A DNA stretch of 64,000 nucleotides. It comes from the human T2T-CHM13v2.0 reference genome, Homo sapiens. This document shows, in pieces, positions 32,840-51,909 of the stretch (the stretch's first letter is position 1; each line of letters begins with the position of its first letter). The translations under genes and the position numbers were made by a program. Where the stretch lies: assembly GCA_009914755.4 (NCBI GenBank), contig CP068257.2, positions 35,296,001 through 35,360,000 of the forward strand. The letters are read 5' to 3'. A model generated the notes under the pieces. The model ran no database searches and had not been told where the DNA came from. It saw nothing but the letters and a program-made list of their open reading frames with translations.

Positions 32840-34188
32840 TGAGGGGAAAAGAATAAACGCAGGCCTTTATGGCCAACTCACTAACCTGTGTAGAATATTT
32901 GGACAAAGAGAAACTCCAGAATTTTCATTTAGCTCTACTTGTATCTTTCCTTCCACTTTACCACCTACTTCTCCCACCTCCTCGCAGACACACAGCCAAG
33001 GGAAGCAGAATTCACCTAGAGGGTCAGGCCCACCCAATGTTTCAGCAGAGTTCTACATTTCAGAAATGACATCTTTGATTCAGGACAGAGAGTTCGTTGA
33101 TTTCAGCTTTGGGAATGGGGGAAAGGACGTCAGTTCAGGAAGATGAGAAGATAAACTAACACCGTGGCAGGGCAGACTTCTGGGATGAAGGTGCGTGGGA
33201 AACAGGGAAACGAACAGGGCAACCTCCCGCGGGAAGCTAAAGGCACCATTGTCCTCAGAGCAATCAAAGGAGGAGGAGAACCCCTCAGCCAATGGAGACT
33301 CAACCCGGAATTTAGCTGTAAAAACATTGATTTAGCCCCCTGCGGTAGCAGGCACTGGCAGTGTAAAAGGAGCCAATGATGAAATTCCCACACACCTCTG
33401 AAGAGGAATGAGGCAGGAGATAAACAAAGGAAGAGGAAGGACCGGAAGAGCCCAAAGAATACATCCACACATCCCGGATCAAGTTTCTCCACTCTGCCAA
33501 CTGTTTCCTCACCTAAGTGCATTTCCGTTTTCTAGGAGCGTGGTCCATGAGCCATGGACCATGCAAACGCCTTCAAGCAGCGCTGGGTGCTCCGATCAAA
33601 GCAGAACCGCGCTGTCACTGATACGTCGTCCAGGGTGTTTGCCTTCCAGTGGATAAAGGCAAACAGGACACTTTAAATTTGCACTTCGAGATGGAAACAA
33701 AGGCATGGAAAAGAGAAGGGAAGTCAAGCAAAAGGCTCACTCCCAAAGATCAAAGCTAAGGAAGCCCTGGCTGTCCCTAAACAAAGGAGTTTCCTCCTAT
33801 AATAGCAGCCAGCAGAAATCTGTTAAGTAACTAAAGCTCTTGACTTGATGTTACAATGTATGGCAGCAGGCAAGGCATATCTTCTGGGCTCAACTTAAAA
33901 CTCACATCCAAGAAGCAGTCCGGGAGTGAAAGACCCCAGGTTAAACTAGCACAGGTGGCCCTGCCCAACAGGGGGCATTGGCAGGCAGCAGCTCTGCAGT
34001 GAGTGGGGAACAGAAATCTCAACAACCCACTGGTACCCAGAGTCAGATCACGGATGCTGCTAATTTTTCTGACTCTTGTTTCTCCTCTTCCAAATCATCT
34101 TAATTCAACGTGAAATTGTTAAAAAGCTCTAGTAACAAATTGGATGGAGCAAGGCTGGAAACGCAGAGGTAAAGAATTTGAAAATACA

Positions 34189-34520
<332 letters not shown>

Positions 34521-34613
34521 TTATTTTTAACTTTTGGCTATCCTTGCTGTCTTTTGTGTTTGGAAATAGAGAGGATAAAGGAGAGCTACAAAATTGACTT
34601 TCACTTGATATTA

Positions 34614-34958
<345 letters not shown>

Positions 34959-36660
34959 TTAAGGGTATTGGAAAATCAAGTAACAGCGTAAGAGTTATCA
35001 CAAAGTCACTGCAAGCAGGAGCTGAAATAGTCAACTAACCCAGATGGAGCTGAAAAGAGGAATTGCGAAACCATGACTGACCAGATGCTCAGGGAAAGGG
35101 CAGGTCTCGCTGAATAACTGAGAAAATAATACAAATATTATGAGAATAAATATCTTTGTTGCCACACAGAAGAATGTTATTATTGTGTTCTGTAGACAGC
35201 CGATACACCGCCGAGGCCTGCTAAGGTGTGCTGCATTCACATCCACAGTTACCTCCCACCTCATCCCCCCATTCCACTGATGTAAGCTGAGGAAGAAGAG
35301 GAGTTTTAAGAGGTATCCCAAGTGGTTTAGTTACCCACTCATGTGTAACAAACCACCCCAAAATTCAGTGGCTTAAAACTAATCATTTATTTTGCTCACA
35401 AATCTCAATTTGGACAGGACTGGGCAGGAACAGCTTAACTCTGCTCCATGTGGCATCAGGTAGAGTGACTAAACCAGGGCTGGATGACCTACTTTCAAGA
35501 TGCCTCTGTCACTGCGCTGGAGCTGCCTGTCAGCTGGGAGCTCAGCCAGGGCTGTCCACGAAGAGCCACATGTCCTTCTCCTTCATGTGGATCTCGCCAC
35601 AGGGCAGCTTGAGCTTCCTCACAGTATGGGAGCTGGACTCCCAGATGGCATGTTCCAAAAGCCCAGATGGAGGCTCCAAGGTTTCTCATGATCTGGCCTG
35701 AGAATTTTCAGAATGTCACTTCTACCATATCCCAATGGACACACAAATCACTAAGGTCAGTTCAGATTCAAGGGAGGGGGAAGTGACTCCGCCTCTCAAT
35801 AGGAGGAAAGAATTTGCAGCCATCTTCAATGCGCTGCAACAAGTTTGTGCCAGCAATTAGTCTTCCCCTTCTGCATGAGAATGACATGTCCCTAAATGGG
35901 CATGCTCCTTTGGCCCAGGACCCTGCACAAGAGAGATGTAGAGAGCAGAGAGCTCAAAGCAGAGTCACAGCTGGAAACAGCGCAGCGAACCTGCTGAGCA
36001 TGAGTAACATACCCAAGAAACTAGGATTCACTGTTAGAAGCCACTGGGATTCTAAGCTTATCTGTTACTTCAGCAATCTGATTAACACAATGTGCAAAAC
36101 TGCATTCCTGACAACAGCCTTCTAAGCCCTTCCTGCTACATTCCCCATCTGCACAAGTGACCCACCATCCACCCACAGGCCATCACCTCCTAACCAGTAT
36201 GGACATGTCTCTATCTCAGCGTTCCTACTCCCAACACTCATCAAGCCCATTATATTTTCCCACGTGGCCACAATCTGTTCCAGGTTTGCTCCCCTCCAAT
36301 CCCTTCTGCAATCTGCCTGAATTGTGACCTTCCTAAAGTGCAAATCTGATCATTCTGCTTTAAAAAAAAAATAGTTTTAGCCTACTGTCCCTGGGATCAA
36401 GTCCAAATTCCTGGTTAACACATATAAGCCTTGTTTGATGTATATATTATGTCCATTTGCCATCCAATTTGAGTATATTCAATTCTGCTACATAGAAAAC
36501 AAGAAAACCAATAGCATGGATGAAACTCATAGTGAGTCAAAAGCTTGTAAGACACGCTCAAGACAGACAAAATAAGTGGAACATACGTGCATTGAACATA
36601 GATAAAAAGGACAAAACCAGAGTGTTAGTCCTAGGCAGAAAGTCACGGGAGAACCAATCT

Positions 36661-36889
<229 letters not shown>

Positions 36890-37789
36890 CCAATCTTATC
36901 AAATCTTAAATATTAGTAAGACACAAACTATGCCACTTGACAGTTATATCATCCTTAATTTGGCCACCCATTTTGACCCCATTTATATACTGTCTAGAAA
37001 CACATGAAAAAACACACACAGCATCCCAGCAGGTCTCTGGTAAGCCACAGCTATTGCAGACATATATATCCAAATATCTCCAACAAAGCACCTTCCACCT
37101 TCTGGGCCCTTGTGTAACTTCAGCTCTAGTCCTTGTGCTGACACCATTGGCAGGGAAGGCTGATGCAGCAGAGAGATAGGACTCCATGTATGAACATTGC
37201 ATGGCCCAGGATTCAGATTGTGCTGCTTCCATTCCATAGGCACCTGATCCTAAGTGTTAACCAATCCCAGAACTCTCCCCTTATTTCTTGCTGCATGTTT
37301 TGAATTGATGTGATAAACAATGTGATTCGAGCGTCTTAACTCAGCCTATGAGCCTCTCTATTCTGTGACTGCTGGAATAGGCTGCTTGGCCATGTTCTTG
37401 GAAGCTACCACCATATCAAGGTAATTTCCCACACAACATTCCAGCCCCTGCTTTCCTCTCTGGCCTTATCTAGGGCCATTCCCCAACTCAGGTGAATGCA
37501 GACTCCAAATGTACTGAGCTGTGTGCAGGGGCCAGGTGCAAATGCTTTCTGTGCATCTGCACATGCTGTTCTACCTGGGAAGTCCTTTCCTCCTTTCACC
37601 TATTTTTACCTTAAACCTCAGACATCATCTACCCTGGAAAGTCCTTCCTGACCTCACGCATCTAAGTAGGTCCCCCCCATAATCCCTATCCATGCCTTCT
37701 ATAGTACTTAACATGGTGACCTTTAATTGTTCATTTACTTAGCTCTCTGCTCTCCCACACTGTGAACTCCTTACAAACAGGGAATGTCA

Positions 37790-37900
37790 TCTCTGAATGA
37801 ATCTTTCATCTCCATGTAACACATGCCTCCAACCCTACCTAGCACACAATCTGGCATATACCAGGCACTCAATAAACCTTCAATGAATGCCTTGATCAAG
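37790..37900 (+). mobile_element. MIR fragment (weak)
   Basis: ctggcatataccaggcactcaataaaccttcaatgaatg resembles the MIR tail. Confidence 0.3.
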
Positions 37901-38702
37901 TACAAGGAACATAAGCAAATTTCCTGTGGAAAAAAAGAATTGTATTAAGTTCTTTGGGTCAACAATTCTTACTAAATGCAATTGCTAATATAAGTATAGA
38001 AAATATTGAAAACTGAGCTGAATCTGCCATCACTTGTTGGTATTACTGCATCAAGCAAAATAAGTGAAACGTAGCTGTTCAATAAATGTTAATGAATGAA
38101 TAAGCGAAAATATGAGTATGTGAATGCTACATTTTTTAAAACTGAATTTTAAGATCCATTTATCTGTTGTTGGTAATCTGTAGAATGACCACAGATCAAA
38201 GCCATTTGAAATATCCAAAATTCAAAAAGATATTTTAAATATCTTTAAGAGTTGTATAGTCTTAAAGATGTGAAAAAATAAAAGATCCCATCAATTCAAA
38301 TGTCCTTCTTCCATAATATATTTTTCTATTTAATACCTTAGGACCCTGTTAAATTCAAATGGCTGTGAAGTCAGGTAGAACATACACACACAGATTCATA
38401 AGAACCCCCCAAAATGCAAAATCCCATCAAGCAGTCAACCCAAATGGGAACTGTCAACTTGGCTAGAAGACAGTGAGCTATGAGATCAATCCCTTTTTAA
38501 GTTTTGAATCCTAATTTATAAAATGGAGCTCGGGGTAACAGCCAGAGTGGTCAACATGAATGGCTCTGGACGTCTCTAGCTCCTGGTTGCAAGACCCACT
38601 GATGTCTCTGATCACAAGTGAAATTAGTTAACTGGACTGTGGCAATCCTCCTTGTTGGGAAGGCATTCTCCTACCCCAGAAAATTAAGAATTAAGTAACC
38701 AC

Positions 38703-39058
<356 letters not shown>

Positions 39059-39314
39059 TCAGTTAACTGAAATGATAGCTGTGATAGAGATGCTAATTAT
39101 CTCCCAAAATCTAGCCTTTCTTTCTCCCTTACAAGAACAGAACTCCCAGTTTCTGCTGAATCCATGACTGTCCAGCTAGGGAATGCATTTTGCAGACTAC
39201 CCTGCACCTAAGTGACCAAGGGGGCTATGTGACAAAGTTCTGTACAATGAAATGGGAGCAGAAGTCGCCACGTGAAATTTCTGAATCACAACAGTATTTT
39301 TTTTAATTTACTAA

Positions 39315-39448
39315 TTTTTTAGAGATGAGGTTTCACTCTAATACAATGGCAATCAAAGCTCACTGCAACCTCAAACTTCTGGCCTAAAGTGATCCTCCCA
39401 CCCCAGCCTCTCAAGTAGCTGGGACCACAGGCGGGAGCCACCATGCCA
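39315..39448 (-). mobile_element. Alu right-monomer fragment
   Basis: ttttttagagatgaggtttcactctaatacaatggcaatcaaagctcactgcaacctcaaacttctggcctaaagtgatcctcccaccccagcctctcaagtagctgggaccacaggcgggagccaccatgcc. Confidence 0.75.
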
Positions 39449-40214
39449 AGATGGATCACAGTTTTAAAGAGGAAACTGGTTGTCTCCCAACCTTCTCTCT
39501 TCCCCCACTCTGAAGGCTAGATGAAGCTGACACTGGTGGAGTAGCACGGGAGCCAGACTCTAGCAAGAGAGAACCACTACCTAGGATAGAGGAGGGAAGA
39601 CAGGAGAAGGAACCAAGGAAGAAGATGAGGAAAAAAATGGGTCCCTGGATGGACTTCCAAAGCAAAACCACTGCCCAGAGAGAGAAATTTAACTTCTAGC
39701 TTGTTTGAGCCCCTGTAGCTCTGGGTCCCACTGTTATACAACTTAGCCTGTATCCTACATAATATAGTAACTATGTTCCTTAAGACGCTGTACATCTTTT
39801 AGCCCCATAAAGACATATAATTAACAATTTAGGAAATTAAAAGCACGGCAGTCATTATTTTATGCTAAAAAGGAACCTGAACATATTTGATATTTTATAT
39901 AATTGCAATATTTTGGAAAGTCTGATCTTGGCTTTAAGTTGAAATCTTACTAAATTTATATATAATATTAGAATATATAAGAAAACTTCAAGTTTACCAT
40001 ATTTGTAAATTTAATACAGTCATGCACCACATAATGTCTCGCCCAACGATGGACCATATATATGATGGCTGTCCCTCATAAGATTACAATGGAGGTAAAA
40101 AATTCCCATGGTCTAATGACATTGTAGTACAGCACAGTACTCACGTATTTCTGGTGATGCCGGTGTACACAAACCTACTGGGCTGTCAGTCATATAAAAG
40201 TATAGCACAGACAA

Positions 40215-40892
<678 letters not shown>

Positions 40893-40932
40893 CTATGTTT
40901 TCTATTATTTTAGAGTGTACTCCTTCTACTTA

Positions 40933-40935
<3 letters not shown>

Positions 40936-40966
<31 letters not shown>

Positions 40967-40968
40967 AA
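40936..40968. repeat. (AAAAC)n simple repeat
   Basis: acaaaacaaaacaaaacaaaacaaaaaaaac. Confidence 0.9.
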
Positions 40969-40971
40969 ACA

Positions 40972-41262
40972 GCTGGGTGTGGTGCCTCATGCCTGTAATC
41001 CCAGCACTTTGGGAGGCCGAGGCGGGGGGATCACTTGAGGTCAAGGGTTTGAGACCAGTCTGGCCACCATGTGAAACCTCATCTCTGCTAAAAATATAAA
41101 AATTAGCCAGGTGTGGTGGCAGGCACCTGTAATCCCAGCTACTTGGGAGGCTGAGGCAGGAGAATTGCTGGAACCTGGGGCCGGAGGTTGCAATGAGCCA
41201 AGATAGTGCCATTGAACTCTAGCCTGGGCAGCAGAGTGAGATTCTGTCTCAAAAAAAACCCA
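40972..41262 (+). mobile_element. Alu SINE
   Basis: agctgggtgtggtgcctcatgcctgtaatcccagcactttgggaggccgaggcggggggatcacttgaggtcaagggtttgagacc...gattctgtctcaaaaaaaaccc. Confidence 0.9.
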
Positions 41263-41498
41263 ACAAAACAGTTAACTGTAACAGCCTGAGGCAGGTCCTT
41301 CAGGAGCTACTGTGGGGGAAGGCATTGTTATCACAGGAGTTCACTGCTCCATGCACGTTACTGCCCATGAAGACCTTCCAGGAGGACACATGTGCAGTGA
41401 AAGTCAGTGATACTGATGATCCTGACCCTGGGCAGCCTAGACTAATGTGTGTGTTTCTACGTTAGTTTTTAGCAAAAAAAGTTTAAAAAGTAAGAAAC

Positions 41499-41610
41499 AG
41501 GCTGGACATGGTGGCTCACAACTATAATTCCAGTGCTTGGTGAGGGCTGAGGTGAGAGGACTGCTTGAAGCCAGGAGTTGGAGATCAGTCTAGGAAACAT
41601 AGCAATTTGT
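41499..41610 (+). mobile_element. Alu monomer (FLAM-like)
   Basis: aggctggacatggtggctcacaactataattccagtgcttggtgagggctgaggtgagaggactgcttgaagccaggagttggagatcagtctaggaaacatagc. Confidence 0.75.
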
Positions 41611-42634
41611 ATGTTCACAAATTTGTAGAGATAAATAAATGAAAATAAGAATAAAATTTTAAAAACAAAATTTTTTTTTAAATATATAAAATCTTAGAAA
41701 AAAGCTTTTAGAATAAGGATAGAAAGAAAATATTTTTACAGCTGTACAATGTGTTTGTTTTAAGCTGTTATTACGAAAGAATCAAAAATTTTAAAAAATC
41801 AAGTTTATAAAGTAAAAATATGATAGTAAGCTAAGATTAATTTATTATCGAAGAAGAAGGCTGTTATAAATTCAGTGTAGCCTAAGTGTACAGTGTTTAT
41901 AAAGTCTAAAGTAGTGACTGTTGTGTCCTAGGCTTTCACATTCACACGCCACTCACTCACTGACTCGCCCTGAGCCACTTTCAGTCCTGTAAGCTCCATT
42001 CATAGCAAGTGCCCTAGACAGGTGTACTGTTTTTTATCTTTTATACTGTATCTTTACTGTGCCTTTTCTATGTTTAGATACACAAATACTTACCACTGTG
42101 TTACAGCTGCCTACAGTATCCAATGCAGTAACATGCTGTACAGGTTTATAGCCTAGGAGCAATAGGCTACCCCATAAATCCCAGGTGTAAAGTAGGCTAC
42201 AGCATCTAGATTTGTGTAAGTACACTCTATGATGTTTGCATGATGAAATCACCTAAGGACGCATTTCTCACAATGTGTATCTGTCGTGAAGCAACACATT
42301 AACTATAATGTATACGAATTATGTAAGTGTTCAAAAACGTGGTGTCTGTTAATCCAGACAACTTAAAAATCTAAAAAGAAACTGGGAGGAGGGGTAGGGG
42401 GAGTCATGAGGAAGGAGCAGGAGCAAGTAGATGGACTCAGGGGGTGGGGAGGCACGTGTAGTTCTAGCGGTGAGTTCATGGGTATTTATTGTATTATTTC
42501 AAATCCACAGGTGAATGAGATCCATGCATAAACCAACGATGAGAGTACATTTGGAACAAGGAGTATGGTTAACCCAATTCTGTGTACCTAGAGTCCTAAA
42601 ATGAAATGAAATATTTTAAGATATTTGAGTTTGT

Positions 42635-43654
<1,020 letters not shown>

Positions 43655-43840
43655 CTAATACAGTTACCATATGACAAGGCCTCTTTGTAGTTCAAAAAGA
43701 AAAGCCAGATATTAGCAATTTCATGTGATTTGACCTACTTGATTATTTAATTTATATTTTCAATAAATTCAAAATCATTTTTAAAATAAAAATAAAGTTT
43801 ATGAATCGTCTTTTCTGCATATGAAAATTAGCCCTGAATT

Positions 43841-44468
<628 letters not shown>

Positions 44469-44663
44469 TTAGCCCTGAGTTCACCAAAACCGTCGTATCA
44501 ACAGCTGGTCTTCTTCTACCAAACATAAGAGACACAAGTACTGTTTGACTGGACCTAGGTTAATAAAAGCTTTATTTTGGAATCTCAATGATCTAGATCT
44601 CTTTAAAACCATTAATTCGTTCTCTAGTTACTAGAAAGGATAGAAGCATTGGTTAAAATCTTA

Positions 44664-45060
<397 letters not shown>

Positions 45061-45348
45061 CTAAGTTTTCTTATCTTCAAAATGGCAATAATAATAATGA
45101 TAATACTTTGTAGAGCCGTTAAGTATTAGTGATGACAGCTGCAGCCAGTCTGGAGCAGGGTAGGCGCGGCCAGGGATACGCGCTCTGTGGAACCAGGGGG
45201 AGCTGGGAGCAGGCAGGAGCCCTTCCCGCTTCTGAGTTGGCAGGGCAGGAGCCCAGTGCTCCCAGGCATAACTGCAGCCTCCCAGCCACAGCTGCGGACC
45301 TGGGCATCCCTGCACTCTCAGGGGTCCCAGAGGCCCCCGCTTCCCCAC

Positions 45349-45458
45349 AGGCTTGGAAGTGCCTGATCCCGCTGCCTGGCCTCTTCCTGCTCCCTGTGCC
45401 CGCTCTGATTCTGGAGCAAAATTGAAGCTGAGCCTGGGCGGTGTCGCAACCCGGCCAG
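45349..45458 (+). other. Candidate antisense (plus-strand) non-coding exon with consensus splice sites
   Basis: Acceptor ggcccccgcttccccacag|GCTTGGAAG and donor CCGGCCAG|gtgagtgc flank 110 nt; antisense to HLCS; no other evidence. Confidence 0.25.
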
Positions 45459-45699
45459 GTGAGTGCTGCTCAGGATGGCGCTGACACACCAGCCCCCTGC
45501 CACCTCAGCCCCCCTCTATACTTTAGGAGCCACTCTGGACCACGAGGATGGGAGGGAGGCCGAGGAGGGGCTGAGGACGGCTGGTTGCAGGCCTGTAGGC
45601 ACCCCTCAGCACAAACAGCCTGGGCACCTTGGACAACATGACTGACAGCAGAAGGCAGACAGGCTCATAGGTAGAAAGGGGCGGGTCCCTGGTGACGCC

Positions 45700-46030
45700 C
45701 TGCCTTCAAGCCAAGACCAGCCCAAAACCTGGGGACCTGGCTGTCAGTTCCAGGTGAAGCCTGTGGCCCAGAGTGAGAACTTAGAGTGCTTTTTCTGGCC
45801 CGCCCATGGCTGCCCATGGACCAATCAGCACGCGCTTCCTCCCTTCTGAGCCCATGAAAACCTCAGACCCAGCCAGACTCACACAGAGGCTGGGACTACC
45901 AGCTGCAGAAAGGAGCTACCCACTTCAGGTCTCCTGAGAGCTGTTCTGCCACTCAGTGAAGTTCCTCTCTGCCTTGCTCACCCTCCACATACCTCATTCT
46001 TCCTGGATGCAGGACAATAACTCAGGACCC
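45700..46030 (+). mobile_element. LTR-like retroelement fragment (unclassified)
   Basis: CCAAT-box-like ccaatcagcacgcgc, R-region-like ...cagtgaagttcctctctgccttgctcaccctccacat..., typical ERV LTR layout; family not determinable by eye. Confidence 0.3.
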
Positions 46031-47564
46031 ACCGAATGGCAGTACTAAAAGAGCTGTAAGACAAACCAGGGCTGAAACATGTCCCCGTACTCACTACATT
46101 GCAGGCAACAAGAAGGAGAGAAGAACTGTGGCCCTTTAAGAAGCCAAGATCTAGGGGCTCCCCAAGCCAAGGCTGTAAACACCCTCTTTGGGGCTCTGCG
46201 GTTCCCAGCGTCTCCATGCTTCCAGGTGCCACCATGTTCCCCTTGTCCAGACACAGGTGCCCACAGCAAAAGCCTCATTCAGTACACCTGGTCCAGCCAC
46301 AGCCTTGCATGGAGCCACCCACCCCCCGCCCCCGACCCTGCACTTCTCACCCACACACCCCTTGCCGCTCTGCACCCAGCTTGCCCCTGGTAGGTGTGCA
46401 ATCTGAGCTGGTAGAATGAGCTGAGTGCAGCCTGCCAGGCCAAGTGGGTGGAATAAGACCAGTGGGCACAAGCAATACTTAGGCAGAAGGCACCGCTAGC
46501 CACAGAGGTTTCTGTCTGGTGAAACGACACCCCAAGGATCCTGTGACATTAGGGGTAACGTTTATAAAATACCTAGCAAGGGCTCAATAAATGGCTTATT
46601 ATTATCATAAGTGTCTACAGGGCTAAACGAAACATTACAAACCTTCAGGAGAGAACGTACTGTCTTAACACACTGCACTGCTCCAGGCCCATCTGCCTGA
46701 TGCTCTGCCCGCTCCAGGGCCCCCATCAGAAAGTCTCTCGCTATCCTATACTATCTGCACCTGCCTCCCCTTATTTTGGTTCACCCTGAATTCCAGTCAA
46801 TTACTTCTTGTTTACTTCCCCATTTTTCTTCTTCTCTCAATACAGCATCTTACAGATAATCTTCATGAAATGGGAATCCAGTAAACATGGCTAGCATCAG
46901 CAAAATCCCCACTGGATGATCTACATAGCAGGGAACAATGGCGGGTGAGGACCCACAAGTGAGGGGAAGGAAGCTGCAAGGGTACACTGGGGTCAGACCT
47001 CCAGGAGCCTCAGGGCATGGACTGCACCTGGAGGGATGACATCCACCAAAAGCTTATGCAACACTGTCCCAACTGGATGTGGGTCCAGAATGACTAACTC
47101 TGGCCATCAAGAGGAATGCCCAAAGAAGGGACATGAGACAGGGTATTTTCACAGCTCAGACAAAAGATAATGAACATGAGGATGGAATGAGGAGCAGTGG
47201 AGATGAAGGAGAGGAGCTAACAATTTAGGGAGTGCTGTTACAACTCATAACTTCACGGAAGCGAGGAGGAGGTGCGAGGAAAAGCCGGCTGGCGTGTTAA
47301 TTTGGGATTTTCTCTCTTTGAAGCAGAAGAATACAAACACAACTCATTTTGGACATGTGGCTGAGGTTGAAGTATTTTCAGAATACTCAAGGAAAGACGT
47401 TTAGGACGTAGGTGGTGATATACCCCAGCCACTCAGGTTGATTTAGGAAGCAAGAAATTGTAGGAATGGATGAGATGACCTGAGAGAGAGTGCTGCTCAA
47501 TAAAAATATAACGTGAGCCACAAATACAAGCCACACACGTGGTTTTAACTTTCCTAGCAGTGAC

Positions 47565-47725
47565 CAGGCGTGGTGGCTAACATCTCTAATCCAAGTATTT
47601 TGGGAGGCTGAGGAGGTAGGATCCCTGGAGCCCTGAGTTTGAGGCTTCAGTGAGCTATAATGACCACTGTACTCCAGCCTAGGTGACACAATAAGACCCT
47701 GTCTGAAAAATAATAACAATAAATT
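47565..47725 (+). mobile_element. Old Alu (J-type/FLAM-like) with internal deletion
   Basis: gaccaggcgtggtggctaacatctctaatccaagtattttgggaggctgaggaggtaggatccctggagccctgagtttgaggcttcagtgagctataatgaccactgtactccagcctaggtgacacaataagaccctgtctg. Confidence 0.75.
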
Positions 47726-47858
47726 TTTCTAGCAGCCACATTAAAAACATAAAAAGAAACAGGTGAAAATAATTTTACTAATATATTTAACCCAAAATAT
47801 CCAAAGAGAAAGGGAGCCACAAAGGCTAGGAAAGAGCACTCATAAAAAGACAAATTTG

Positions 47859-48185
<327 letters not shown>

Positions 48186-48680
48186 TCAGTTCCTTATGGG
48201 ACACAAGTAAACATGGTACTCACTGTTTCTGAAGAGGATGATCTCTGTAAATTCTCACTTTGTACCCAAATGCTCTCCGTCACAAATGCTATGTGTTCTG
48301 CTTCAAGTATAAAAGGAGACACAAGAAATAGGGCCCACTTGTTCAAGTCTTCAATGGACTGTATAGAGGGAAAGAAATATAATGAGATTGTCACTTCATA
48401 CCACAACTGCCATAAATTTCAACCCCCTCTGAAACATACCCTCCCCTATAATTCCAAGTGACATGGAAATAAGCTTATCTGATGCTCCTCTGCAGGCCGC
48501 AGGAACCGTGTGTTTCTTGTTTAGCTGTGACTGTTTAAGCACCTGCAAAAGCCCATCGATGACTCAGGACAGCTTTAATATCTCTAGACCACTGTTTTCA
48601 AGCCATGAATTCTGAAACGGGGCCTATCCCCGCCATTCCTCACTGCTTAGCACACAGTAGCTAACCGGGAAGTACATTTA

Positions 48681-49006
<326 letters not shown>

Positions 49007-49671
49007 AGATGAGGAGGCCTAGAAGTACGTACCCACCAACAGAAGCTCCTTACTCACAGAAGCCTGAAGGGCTGTTCCTTCATTCCCTACAGCCATCACA
49101 GCACAGGGCACCAGGCAGTTTTTCTTTACACCTTCCTTATAGTGAAATCAACCCTGCTCCTCTCCCGGAGATCTGGGAAGTGTGCAAGTCTCTGGATGCT
49201 CACACAGCAGTTAAATCCAGAGAGAAAAGCTATTTCAGGGAAAGGCATTTACCATATGCAGACGCAATCAGACATACTTTAATGGAATGTAAACTCCAGT
49301 CAGGAGTGATTGTAGTTTTTCAAAAAGAAGATTAGAATCAAGATTGGTTAGCAAATCAGAAATACCCAGTTATCTCTCGTTTTCTTTCCTGAAATCTCTC
49401 TAAGAAAAACAGCAAATTGATTTGAAAAGGCTTTCACATACAGGATATAGCCAGAGAAGAAAAAGATGAAATCTGAGCGGGGTATGCAGGAGGCTTTCAC
49501 CGTCACCCAGAACGAAGGTAACTAGGCAGGCTCCACTGTGCTGCATATCAGTTCAAATCTGCTTGATAAAAACCTATTGAACTAAATAATGAATGAAAAT
49601 TTAGGGGAGAATTTGCCCCTCCCTCAGTAAACATAATTATCAATATAGTGGTTAAAAAGTATGTCCACTTA

Positions 49672-49953
<282 letters not shown>

Positions 49954-50076
49954 GTATGTCCACTTTATCCAAGCATAGAATGTGTACATTAAACAGACAA
50001 AAAGCTTGATATTGCCAATTTGTATAAACTGTCTTTGGTTAAACTTATCAATTGATTGTAGGGCATTCAATTATAA

Positions 50077-50433
<357 letters not shown>

Positions 50434-51909
50434 TCAGGTGTGTCCTTATTTCAGCCCAAGTAGACTGAGGTATCCCTCAAAAGTAGACCCAAGCAGACTG
50501 AGATATCCACCAAATCATCAACCTGATCATATTTTAAATCTCAAAATAACAGTAGCCAACCACAAATAAATGGTCAAGCTTTCCACCTGTAGACCTTCAA
50601 CATCACAGCTTAAACCCAACAACTATTAAATTTACTATTTCAGGTCAAGCTGCTATGCTAAACAGTCTCATTTCCTAATAAGAAAAAGATACGAACTAGA
50701 ATAGGAACTGTGATTTAAAGGCTACGGGGATGCAGAGCATGGCCATCCCATCTAGTCTGGAAAACTAGGAAATGACGCAGCAATATCTAACCAAATCTGT
50801 AGGCAAAGCTTACTGTGCAGAGTGACAGAGCAGAGTTACAGAATCCATGAAAGCACCAGGCCACTCCTACTCCGGCCTGCACAGGTAGGCAAGGGCTGAA
50901 AATCACTAGTTATGGTTAGTGTAGTTAACAGAAGGCCAGCGGAGTCATGAAAATGTTCAAAAGTAAAACTGTCCAAGAAAATCAGACATTCCCATCTCCA
51001 TGTTTTTATATGTCCAAAATTTCTATTCTGACTTAAATCCTAAATGTAATTGATCCAATTTGGAAACTACTACAAAAAGCTCACCCCCCAATTTTTTGCC
51101 ATTTTATTGAGTTATCTTTCTCAATCAGGTTAATTCCCAACGCTCTAAGCCATACATTGTATGTAATGCATGAACTTCTTCCCCTTTTGTCTGGGTAGTG
51201 TCAGTTATGTGGAGGTGGTACTAGTTATTTGCATAACTAGTACCTTGGGAGACCTGAGAAAACAGTCATTCATATTCAGTGTGACATAATACATACATGG
51301 TACTAACAAGAAAGAGTATTTTTTATTTGCTAGTGGCACAATTTCAACCCATATCTAAGCACAGCCTCCAGGCAATGTTCAAACCTGAGATAAGATTCAA
51401 TTCCCCACAGGGGCTTTACGGTGTGACATATGCAGAAAACGTCATTTTAGTGCTAAAAGTGAGGCAATATTCCAGAAAACAGAGGAAAGGGACAAGAAAC
51501 AGATTAAAAGCAAAACACGTTTAAATATTAATGAGAACAATGCTACCGATGTCCATGAAATTTTGTGCAGTACTGCACTGTGAAGCTAAGCCCATTTCCA
51601 AAAACAGCTGAATGGAAAGATCTATTGTTCCCTTTACAGCAAGGCAGCAGACTTTTTACAGAGATTAATTGACTGGCCCAAGTCACAAGGTAGGTGACAG
51701 AGTGGGCTGAACACGTAACCACCATCCTAAGCACTGGGTCAAAAAAAACAAAGGCTGACTGTCAACTGAAATTTAAAAGACGCAAAGACCATCAGTCGGG
51801 TGCCCAACTTGGTGAATGATGCAACCAACTGACAGAAGATGGAGAGGGAAAAGGGCAGTTTTTGTAAATTTGGGGACATCTGACAAAAAGCTGATGACAC
51901 AGGTGGGAG

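Noticed and set aside
33000-33700. Cluster of overlapping ORFs on both strands (33080..33522, 33164..33379, 33408..33656) as a possible HLCS 5' exon
   Set aside because: The translations are Cys/Leu/Phe-rich and random-looking, and I could not identify an acceptor and donor pair with open frame and correct phase. It is left unannotated; the missing HLCS upstream exon(s), if any, could not be located by eye.
45061-45489. 142-aa minus-strand ORF in the GC-rich block at 45.1-45.5 kb
   Set aside because: It is GC-driven with no recognisable domain, and no acceptor or donor consistent with minus-strand splicing. Only the plus-strand splice-site pair was kept, as a low-confidence finding.
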